Source: Planctomycetota bacterium | GTDB taxonomy: Bacteria > Planctomycetota > UBA8108 > SXIK01 | Reading direction: 5' to 3' | Length of the DNA stretch: 64,000 nt | NCBI GenBank assembly: GCA_965223845.1 | Contig: CBDCXR010000004.1 | Coordinates: forward strand, 3,456,001-3,520,000 | Part shown: piece after piece, positions 56,100-64,000 of the stretch | Layout: every line of letters begins with the position of its first letter | Numbering within the stretch: the stretch's first letter is position 1 | Translations under genes and position numbers: made by a program | Notes under the pieces: generated by a model | Seen by the model: the letters and a program-made list of their open reading frames with translations, nothing else | Databases searched by the model: none | Told to the model about the DNA's origin: nothing

Positions 56100-56608
56100 G
56101 GATACTCCTTTCCGCGCGCGACGACCGGCGGTGGCTCTTCGAAAGCCCCGCCGGCGACGGACCTCCGCGTCCGAGTCCGATTCCGGACTGCGCGAAGTAC
56201 CCGACGCACGTCCAAACGATCACCGCTCCGCCCGGTGACGCTCACCGCGCGGACTCCCATTGCGAGCGGCTCGGCCGCTCTTCCCACGGAACGCGTGGGC
56301 CCGGCTTCCAGTGTACCGCGCAGGAATCCGGGTTCTGGGCGCGGATTTCTCGCCGGCGATCGGCGCTCGGCCCTCCGACTCGGGGCCCGAGCACTTCTTG
56401 AACCCCGAGAGATAACGCCCGGGCGCCGGGGGGCCTCGGTTTCGTCGTCACGAGGGGAGCGGCTGATGTTCGGGCGACCGGGGATCAGCGAGCGACGTCG
56501 GCTCGGTCAATGCCTCCGGCGCATCGCCATAACCCTCAGCAGATTAGCCGCTTAAGGCTCCGCCGGTCGATGCCGTGCGGCCGCGGGGCGTCGCAGCCCA
56601 CCCACGGT

Positions 56609-57391
56609 TCAGAACCGCTGCCACTCCGGCTTGTTCTCGAACACGAAGCGGTAGTACTCCTTCCGCTTGAGCTCGCGGGCGGCGCCCTCGTCGAGGAAGA
56701 CCTTGACGACGGGGTGGAGCTGGAGGACCGAGGCCGGGTTCATGGCGCTCACGGGCCCCTCGAACGCCTCGGCGATCGCCCGGGCCTTGTGCTCGCCGAA
56801 GGCGAGGAGGACCACCTCTCGCGACTCCATGATGGTCCCGACGCCCATGGTGATGCAGTGCCTGGGCACCTCGTCGGGGGAATCGAAAAAACGCGCGTTG
56901 TCGCGGATCGTGTTCTCCGTGAGCGTCTTGATCCGTGTACGCGACCGGAGCGACGACGACGGCTCGTTGAACCCGATGTGGCCGTCCGATCCGATCCCGA
57001 GGATCTGCACCTCGATCCCTCCCGCCTCGGCGATCGCCCACTCGTACTCCTCGCAACTCCGCGGGATGTCTTTCGCGAGACCGTCCGGCACGTGAGTCTT
57101 CTCGCGAGGGATGTTGATCCGGCGAAACAGATTCTCATCCATGAAGTGCCGGTAGGACGCCGGATGGTCGCCCGCGAGTCCGACGTACTCGTCGAGGTTA
57201 AACGTCTGCACATCCGCGAAGTCGATCTCCCCCGCGTCGTAGAGCCGAATCAGCTCGCTGTAGAGGAGAAGCGGAGTGCTTCCGGTCGCGAGTCCGAGGA
57301 CGCAGCCTGGGTTCTCGCGGATCTTCTGCGCGACGTAACGAGCGGCGATGCGACTCGCCGCCGCGGGTGTGTCTTGAAGAATGATTTCCAT
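56609..57391 (-). CDS. nagB: Glucosamine-6-phosphate deaminase
   Basis: VLGLATGSTP, TFNLDEYVGL, LGIGSDGHIGFNEP, TMGVGTI, PASVLQLH. Confidence 0.96.
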   Translation of the reverse strand: MEIILQDTPAAASRIAARYVAQKIRENPGCVLGLATGSTPLLLYSELIRLYDAGEIDFADVQTFNLDEYVGLAGDHPASYRHFMDENLFRRINIPREKTHVPDGLAKDIPRSCEEYEWAIAEAGGIEVQILGIGSDGHIGFNEPSSSLRSRTRIKTLTENTIRDNARFFDSPDEVPRHCITMGVGTIMESREVVLLAFGEHKARAIAEAFEGPVSAMNPASVLQLHPVVKVFLDEGAARELKRKEYYRFVFENKPEWQRF

Positions 57392-57394
57392 GGG

Positions 57395-58273
57395 TCAGTC
57401 GATATCGAATCCGAGCTGCCGCCGGAGATTCGCACGAACGTCATCGCGAAATCGATCGACGAACGCGAGAGTGTAGTCGACGAGATCGGGACCGTCCGGA
57501 TCGCAGACCGGCGTCAGATCGATCGCGTAAGTCACTCCGTCGGACGAGTCGACTCCGTGGGAGTCGAAATAGGTCGCATTCGCCCGCCACCGCCCGAGCG
57601 TCGCGAGATCGTAGCGTTTTCCGCCCGAGATCTGCGAATCGAACAGCGAGACGAGCGAGGCCGCGACGTTTCCGCGCGCGGACACGTCGAGCCCGACCTT
57701 GTCCTCGTCCGGCAGCCAATCGAGGTTCCGCCACACTTCGCATCCGTAGACGGCGCGGGGACGGTCGTTCGCGGGGAGCGATCGGATCGCCGCGACGAGA
57801 GGGACGAGGACGGCGATGTGCGAGGGATGCTTGTCCGCCGGGTTGTGAGTGTAGACCACGTCCGGACGCACGGCGTTCAAGATCGCGCGAAGATCGTCTT
57901 CGAGGGCCTTACTCCTCGGGTCCTTGACGACCGAGCTCGGGTAGTCGAGCTGCGCCATCACGGCGTACTCACCAACGTAGGCCGCCTTGCGCTGTTCGGC
58001 GCGGCGGACACCCGTCATCTCGTCGTCGGTGAGCTCGGCGTAGATCCCGGTGCGCGAGCTACCGGCACCGTTGGTACACGTGACGCCCGAGAACCAACGA
58101 TCCCGCCGGCCGTAGCACTCGGCGATCCCGTGATACGCCATGATCTCGAGGTCGTCCTGGTGCGCACCGACGCCGAGGTGCGTCGTGCGTGCGAGCGCAT
58201 CGGCTAGCGAGGAACCGTCGGGAATGAAGATGTCGGCCGTCGGGTTCCCGAGTGCGAGTTCACGTTGCGCCAT
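57395..58273 (-). CDS. PIG-L/LmbE family deacetylase
   Basis: GAHQDDLE, RRAEQRKAA, VYTHNPADKHPSH. Confidence 0.88.
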   Translation of the reverse strand: MAQRELALGNPTADIFIPDGSSLADALARTTHLGVGAHQDDLEIMAYHGIAECYGRRDRWFSGVTCTNGAGSSRTGIYAELTDDEMTGVRRAEQRKAAYVGEYAVMAQLDYPSSVVKDPRSKALEDDLRAILNAVRPDVVYTHNPADKHPSHIAVLVPLVAAIRSLPANDRPRAVYGCEVWRNLDWLPDEDKVGLDVSARGNVAASLVSLFDSQISGGKRYDLATLGRWRANATYFDSHGVDSSDGVTYAIDLTPVCDPDGPDLVDYTLAFVDRFRDDVRANLRRQLGFDID

Positions 58274-58296
58274 GATCAGTGCGCTCCCTTCGGGCC

Positions 58297-59706
58297 TCAG
58301 CGCCGGAGAGCCGGCAGGCTCGCGGCGGCCACCGCCTGTCCGACGCGTCGACTCCGCTCGTCGGGGACGTGAAGCTCGACGGCCTCGGCGAGATCGGGGA
58401 ACTCGAGAGAAAGCACCTCGCGCGCCTTGGCGACGAGCGTTTCACCGCCGACGCCGGAGGTGACTCGACCGAGGATCAAGAGATGGGAGAAGTCGTAGAA
58501 CTCCGCGTAGTACGGAATCGTGTACCCGAGGTAAACGCCGATCGTCTCGAAGATCCGCATCGCACCGGGATCGCCCGCGGCCGCTTTCTCCTGGACGAGC
58601 TTCAAGCGCTCGGGCAGCGGAACATCGGCGGGGAATTCGAATCCGGCCGCCGGCGCCAGCTTGTTCACCGCTTGCTGCGAGAATGCCATCGCACCCACGC
58701 CCGGGTCGCCGGACCACTCGTCCGCCGCCGCGTCCGGCGCAAAATCGACCGGCGCAAACGCGAGCTCGTTGAGCCACCCGGTAATCGCGCCGTCGCGGTC
58801 GATGTATCCGACCGCCTCACTCGACCCCATCGCGATTCCGAGGACGCCGGTCGCCTCGAGCGACATCGCTCCGGCGAGGGCCGTCACGTCGCCGTCGTTC
58901 GCGACCTCGAGCGGAACGTTCCACTCCCGCTGGAGCCGGAGAAAGAGCGGCTTCGCTTGGCGCTCGAAGTCATCCGCCGACAGCCCGCGAAAGAGAGACG
59001 CGACCATCACTTGATTGTCGACGTAGATTCCGGCGGAGCTGCCACCGATCGCATCGACGCGCGGAAGATGCGCCGCCGCCTCCTTGAGGCCGCGTGAAAT
59101 CCTCGAGTGATGGTACTCGATGTCGGATTGCGTGGTCGGGTCCCACGGGATTTCGGTGCTGAACACCGGGTTTCCATCGCGCACGGCAGCGAGCTTGTAG
59201 TCACTCGCTCCGAGATCGAACCCGACGCGGCAGCCATCGAGATGGCCTCCGAGCGCAGACGATGCCCCGCGCTCCTCCGGAATCTCCTCTGGCGGACGGT
59301 GCACGACCTCGAACTCGTGGCCGTAGACGCGGCGGGCGATGAGATCGGCGTCGAAGGCTCGCGCGCCTTCGGCCGCGTACGCGCGCCTGAGGAGCTCCGC
59401 GATCGGCTCGGGTCCCGAGACGAAGAGGCGCCAGCCGCCGATCGCCCACAGCATGAACTTCACCGTGCGCTCGACGTAACGGTACGTATCGTCGTCGTGC
59501 TCGCTCCCCCACGGGAACACCGCGAGCTCGCGGCGCGCGACGAGTCCGGCGTTTCTTTCGAGCGCGAGAATCACGGTCTCGGACTCGCCGGTCGCGCGCA
59601 GGGCTTCCTGATATCCTCGCACCGCGCGGACCGCCGGGCAGAACTTCGGGTCGAGCTCGGGCCGAATGCCGGGAGTAGCGTCGAGAAGGGATCGTGTCGA
59701 AGACAT
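58297..59706 (-). CDS. ROK family protein (probable sugar kinase) with N-terminal extension
   Basis: GFDLGASDYK, IGGSSAG, VANDGDVTALA, GIAMGSS, ELAF. Confidence 0.85.
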   Translation of the reverse strand: MSSTRSLLDATPGIRPELDPKFCPAVRAVRGYQEALRATGESETVILALERNAGLVARRELAVFPWGSEHDDDTYRYVERTVKFMLWAIGGWRLFVSGPEPIAELLRRAYAAEGARAFDADLIARRVYGHEFEVVHRPPEEIPEERGASSALGGHLDGCRVGFDLGASDYKLAAVRDGNPVFSTEIPWDPTTQSDIEYHHSRISRGLKEAAAHLPRVDAIGGSSAGIYVDNQVMVASLFRGLSADDFERQAKPLFLRLQREWNVPLEVANDGDVTALAGAMSLEATGVLGIAMGSSEAVGYIDRDGAITGWLNELAFAPVDFAPDAAADEWSGDPGVGAMAFSQQAVNKLAPAAGFEFPADVPLPERLKLVQEKAAAGDPGAMRIFETIGVYLGYTIPYYAEFYDFSHLLILGRVTSGVGGETLVAKAREVLSLEFPDLAEAVELHVPDERSRRVGQAVAAASLPALRR

Positions 59707-59842
59707 GGCTCAGCTGCACGCTTATCCGCTCGGCTCTGCGATCACCCGACGGCGGCGAGCGGACGTGAACCCTACGAGATGGACTGGAGGCTGTCAACGA
59801 ATGCCGAACGTCTCGCGCGCGTTCGTGCATCGCCTCTTCGCA

Positions 59843-61903
59843 TCACTTGCAGTAGCGGGCGAGCCAATCGAAGAAGACTCGTTGCCAGAGGACCGCGTTC
59901 TGCGGCGACAGGACCCAGTGTCCCTCGTTGGGGAAGTGGAGGAACCGCGACGGAACGCCTTCCACCTGGGCTGCGGTGAACGCCTCGATCCCCTGCGTGA
60001 CCGGAACGCGGAAATCGTTCTCGCCGTGGATGACGAGAAGCGGCGTCTTCCAGCGACCGACGAAGCGGTGAGGCGAGAATCGATCGTAGCGCTCTCGCAG
60101 TGCCGCGCTTTTCCAGTAGGGCCCACCGAGGTCCCAGTTGACGAAAAACAGCTCTTCGGTCGAACCGTACATCGACTCGAGGTTGAAGACGCCGCAGTGG
60201 GCGATCATCGCGGCGAACCGGCCCTCGTCGTGACCCATGAGCCAGTACACGGTGTAACCGCCGAAGCTCGCGCCGACGGCCCCGACGCGGCGCGCGTCGA
60301 CGTACGGCTCGGTGAGCATGCTGTCGGTCGCAGCGAGGATGTCCTGCATCGCCTGCCCGCCCCAATCGCCGCTGATTTGGTCGTTCCACGCGCGACCGAA
60401 GCCGGGCATGCCGCGACGGTTGACCGCGAGGACGACGTATCCCTTCGCGGCCATCAGGTGGAAGTTCCACCGATACGAAAACCACTGACCGATCTGCCCC
60501 TGTGGTCCACCTTGGCAATAGGTGAGCAGCGGCCATTTCTTCGCGGGATCGAAGTCGGGCGGGTAGATCACCCAGTTGTGCACCTTCGCGCCGTCGCTCG
60601 AGCGCACGAAGCGCTCCTCGATCTTCGGGAGCTCGAGGGAGGCGTAGACCGAATCGTTGATCGCCGTCAGCTTCACCGGCTCGCTGCCGTCGACGGGCAC
60701 GTGATAGAGCTCGGACGGACGGAGCATGCTCTGGCGAGCGGCGACGAGTGCCGAGCCGTCGGGCGTCACGCCGCGGAGACTCCAGTTGAAGCGCCCGGTC
60801 GTGACTTGCTTGAGGCGCGCCGAGCGCACGTCGAGGGAGAAGATCTGGTGCGTCCCGCGATCTTCCGAGCTGAAGTAGACGCGCTTGCCGTCCGGGGACC
60901 ACGTCGCCTCGTGGGTCGTCCGATCGAGGCCGGTCGTGAGCTCGGTGATCGTTCCGTGCTGGCGATTGTAGAGAAGGATGCGATTCCGATCCGATTCGAA
61001 GCCGGCGCGCGCCATCGAGTGGAATGCGATCACGCTCCCGTCCGGGGAGTAGCTCGGCTCGACGTCGTAACCGTCGCGCCCTGCGGTGAAGCAGCGTAGG
61101 CGCGGCGGCTTCGTCACGTCCACGAGGTAGAGATCGGTGTCGGTCGACTCGGCCGGTCGCGCGACCATCTTCGATGTGAATGCGAGCTCCGTTCCGTCGG
61201 GCGACCAGTTGAAGTGCTCGCTTCCTGCGAACGGCGGCACGGGACAGTCGTAGCGAAGCCCCGCCATCACGTCGACGGCGTCCACCGCCTTACCGTCTTC
61301 GCCGATCTTCGCGACATGAAGGTGCCGGTAGCTCCCGTCGGCCCAGTGGTCCCAGTGGCGATACAGGAGGCCGTCGATGATACGAGCGTCGGCTTTCGGC
61401 AGATCGGGGTGCAGGTCGGCGAGGGAAGGATCCATCGAGACCGAAGCGCTGTAGGCGATGCGCGCTCCGTTCGACGACATCTTGAACCCACTCACGCCAC
61501 CCTCGACCTCGGTCACCGCCGCAAACGCGCCCGACCGTGGGTCGACGCGCCAGACTTGCGGCTTCTCCTCGGCGTCGCGCTTCGCAAGCAGGTAGATCGC
61601 CGTGCCGTTCGTCGTCGCGACCCACGCGATGTCCCCCGCGCTCGGAAGATCCGCTGCGAGCGTCCTCGGAGAGCCGCCGGCCGTCGGTACGATCTCGAGA
61701 CTCGATTTGCCGCTGTTCTCAGCGAGATCGTAGCGCCGAACCGTGTACGCGACGTGCATGCCGTCCGGTGAAACGGCGGACGCACCGAGGCGCCCGAGTT
61801 TCCACAGAAGCTCGGGCGAGAGGCGGTCGGCTCTCAGGTCGGAGCGGGCAACGAAAAGGGCGAGCAAGAAGAGAACAAAGAGGGTCGGACGTCGGGTCTG
61901 CAT
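59843..61903 (-). CDS. S9 family (DPP5-like) serine peptidase
   Basis: Signal peptide, SPDG propeller repeats, QGGPQ, GASFGG (Ser), HGENDFRV (Asp), NEGH (His). Confidence 0.93.
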   Translation of the reverse strand: MQTRRPTLFVLFLLALFVARSDLRADRLSPELLWKLGRLGASAVSPDGMHVAYTVRRYDLAENSGKSSLEIVPTAGGSPRTLAADLPSAGDIAWVATTNGTAIYLLAKRDAEEKPQVWRVDPRSGAFAAVTEVEGGVSGFKMSSNGARIAYSASVSMDPSLADLHPDLPKADARIIDGLLYRHWDHWADGSYRHLHVAKIGEDGKAVDAVDVMAGLRYDCPVPPFAGSEHFNWSPDGTELAFTSKMVARPAESTDTDLYLVDVTKPPRLRCFTAGRDGYDVEPSYSPDGSVIAFHSMARAGFESDRNRILLYNRQHGTITELTTGLDRTTHEATWSPDGKRVYFSSEDRGTHQIFSLDVRSARLKQVTTGRFNWSLRGVTPDGSALVAARQSMLRPSELYHVPVDGSEPVKLTAINDSVYASLELPKIEERFVRSSDGAKVHNWVIYPPDFDPAKKWPLLTYCQGGPQGQIGQWFSYRWNFHLMAAKGYVVLAVNRRGMPGFGRAWNDQISGDWGGQAMQDILAATDSMLTEPYVDARRVGAVGASFGGYTVYWLMGHDEGRFAAMIAHCGVFNLESMYGSTEELFFVNWDLGGPYWKSAALRERYDRFSPHRFVGRWKTPLLVIHGENDFRVPVTQGIEAFTAAQVEGVPSRFLHFPNEGHWVLSPQNAVLWQRVFFDWLARYCK

Positions 61904-62269
61904 AGGATGTCGCTTCGGTTTTGTGACGTGAAAGAAAGCGAATCTGAGCGATCGCCCCCACGAAACCATCGTCGGCTCGAACGCGAACCGGCTCGATGGA
62001 AGGGCACGCAGCGCGCCGACAAGGCGCGGAGCGGCACATCTTCGGAACGTGGGTGAGGCTTCCCCGGGCGGGACGGGTTCCCCGAGTGGGAAGCGCACAT
62101 CTTCGCCTCCGCATGGCCGCGATGAAAGATCGCGTTCGCGTTCGGCGCGCGGAAGATCCGGACAGCGTACGGCGCGTCACTCCCGCCGGCGCTTTTCGGT
62201 CGCGAGCGAATCGAGTAGCCTGGCCAGTCGATCTGAATTCGACGCTACCCGCAAACCAGGAGATCACCC

Positions 62270-63187
62270 GTGGCCGACATTCCCCTTCGCCCGCTCGGCA
62301 ACTCCGGCGAGTCCGTCTCCGCGCTCTGTCTCGGTGGCGGGCACATCGGCTTCACCGGCATGGCGTCGTCCGAGGCGATTCGCATCGTCGAGCACGCCAT
62401 CGAGAACGGGATCACCTTCATCGACTCGGCGTGGGAGTACCACAACGGCCGATCGGAGGCGCTGATCGGACAGGCGATTCGCGGCCGGCGCGACGACGTG
62501 TTTCTCATGACGAAGGTCTGCTCGCGCGAGCGCGGAGGAGCGCTCGAGCAGCTCGAGGACAGCCTCCGGCGCTTCGGCACGGATCGCATCGACCTCTGGC
62601 AGTTCCACGAAGTGAACTACGCGAACGACCACGAATGGATCTTCGCCCCCGGCGGCGCCGCCGAGGCGGGACTCGAGGCCGTGAAGTCGGGCAAAGTGAG
62701 ATACCTCGGTTTCACCGGGCACAAGGATCCGGAGTTTCTGCTCTCGATGCTCGAGTACGACTACCCGTGGACGACGTGCCAGCTCCCGATCAACATCCTC
62801 GACGCGAGTTTCCGAAGCTTCGTCGGCCGCGTCGTACCGGAGCTCACGAAACGGGGAATCGGTCCACTCGGAATGAAGAGCCTCGGCGGCGAAGGGCAGC
62901 TCGTCACGAGTGCGGGCCTCTCGCCGGACGACTGCATTCGGTTTGCTCTATCGCAGCCGATTTCGAGTCTCGTCTCCGGCATGGACTCGACGAAGATCGT
63001 CGATCAGAACGTCGCGATCGCGCGCAAGTTCACGCCGATGTCGGACGAGGACCAATCGGCGCTCGTCGAGCGAACGCGCGGCATCGCGAGCGACGGTCGC
63101 TACGAATGGTCGAAAACGACTCACCGCTTCGACAGCAAGTACCACCGGGAGCAGCACGGGTTTCCGGAGAAGTTGGTGCTGGGTTAG
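62270..63187 (+). CDS. Aldo/keto reductase
   Basis: AGGAG RBS and GTG start; RPLGNSG..LCLGG, FIDSAWEY, MTKV, IDLWQFH, GKVRYLGFTGH. Confidence 0.92.
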   Translation: MADIPLRPLGNSGESVSALCLGGGHIGFTGMASSEAIRIVEHAIENGITFIDSAWEYHNGRSEALIGQAIRGRRDDVFLMTKVCSRERGGALEQLEDSLRRFGTDRIDLWQFHEVNYANDHEWIFAPGGAAEAGLEAVKSGKVRYLGFTGHKDPEFLLSMLEYDYPWTTCQLPINILDASFRSFVGRVVPELTKRGIGPLGMKSLGGEGQLVTSAGLSPDDCIRFALSQPISSLVSGMDSTKIVDQNVAIARKFTPMSDEDQSALVERTRGIASDGRYEWSKTTHRFDSKYHREQHGFPEKLVLG

Positions 63188-63247
63188 CGACGCGCTCCGC
63201 TCCCGATTTCAACCGATTCGGGAACGGGAACGGGAACAGCGGAAGAC

Positions 63248-64000
63248 TTACGCGTCCGCTCGCGTCTCTGCCGCTCCCCGTCCAGACACCATCGAGTAAA
63301 GCACCGGCACCATAAACAGCGTCATCACCGCCGAGACGCCGATCCCGAAGACGATACTCACCGCGAACGGTGTCCAGACTCGACTCACGCCGCCGAATCC
63401 GAGCGCGAGCGGAAGTAGATTGCAGATCGTGGTGCACGCCGTGAGAACGATCGGACGGAAGCGCTCGCCGCTCGCCTGAAGGATCGCCGGCGCGAACGCG
63501 AGTCCTTCGCGGCGCCGCCGGTTCATGAAGTCGACGAGCATCAGGCTTTCGTTCACGACGACGCCCGCGAGCCCGATGATCGCGATGAAAGTCGGGATCG
63601 TGAACGGCTGCTGGCGGACGAGGAGTCCGAGCAAGACGCCGAGAACGCTGAACGGTACGACAGCCATCACGACGAAGGGCTGGGAGAAGCTGCGGAACTG
63701 CGAGGCGAGGACGACGTAGATGAGGACGAGCGCGACCCAAAAACTCCGCCGCTGATCGTCCATGCTCTCGGTCGTCTCTTCGAATTCCCCGCCAAACGTG
63801 AGTCGGACGCCCGGGTAGCGAGTCTCGGCGTCCGCAAACACGCGCTGGAGGCGCTCGTTGACCTGTGGCCCGGTCGCGATGACTCCGTCCACATCCGCCG
63901 TGACGAGCACGGTCCGCTTCGTGTCGTAGTGGTAGTAGCTCGAGTTCGGACGCCAGACGTCGACCTCTGCGATCTCCCCGAGCGGAACGAGCCCGGCACC
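63248..64000 (-). CDS. RND efflux transporter permease, C-terminal part (5' end outside the window)
   Basis: Frame open to 64000; LIYVVLASQFRSFSQP, GLAGVVVN, RFRPIVLT. Confidence 0.92.
   Translation of the reverse strand, partial: GAGLVPLGEIAEVDVWRPNSSYYHYDTKRTVLVTADVDGVIATGPQVNERLQRVFADAETRYPGVRLTFGGEFEETTESMDDQRRSFWVALVLIYVVLASQFRSFSQPFVVMAVVPFSVLGVLLGLLVRQQPFTIPTFIAIIGLAGVVVNESLMLVDFMNRRRREGLAFAPAILQASGERFRPIVLTACTTICNLLPLALGFGGVSRVWTPFAVSIVFGIGVSAVMTLFMVPVLYSMVSGRGAAETRADA

Noticed and set aside
62034-62105. 11-bp direct repeat GCACATCTTCG (two copies) and nearby hairpins
   Set aside because: Only two short copies; could be chance, with nothing else supporting a function
63220-63237. 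(GGGAAC)x3 microrepeat between convergent genes
   Set aside because: Too short; at most part of a weak terminator stem

Overview
High-GC (by eye about two-thirds G+C), gene-dense bacterial chromosomal window with about 39 plausible CDSs. No rRNA, tRNA, CRISPR array, transposase or integrase was recognisable. The gene families (Cys-rich dockerin-like tags on secreted proteins, prenyltransferase-repeat/MoxR/DUF58/BatA/VWA operon, FG-GAP proteins, DUF4388) suggest a Planctomycetota genome; this is inference only. Housekeeping or recognisable genes: ilvB-ilvN, nagB with a PIG-L deacetylase and a ROK protein, recD2, an OmpR-type two-component pair, glucose 1-dehydrogenase, an S9 peptidase, an aldo/keto reductase and a partial RND transporter. 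The main oddities are: (i) a 15-kb, largely translationally coupled MoxR-VWA operon whose three last genes carry Q/S/G repeats, one with about 61 copies of SG[Q/E]QQ; (ii) three unrelated secreted proteins sharing a Cys-rich dockerin-like module; (iii) apparent pseudo-enzymes (CotH-like kinase, Lnt-like protein, and two of three domains in a triple amidohydrolase fusion); (iv) an amino-sugar operon with a PIG-L deacetylase in place of NagA; (v) a 29-aa membrane peptide and a possible attenuator around ilvBN. All family calls come from motifs read by eye; no database searches were run.
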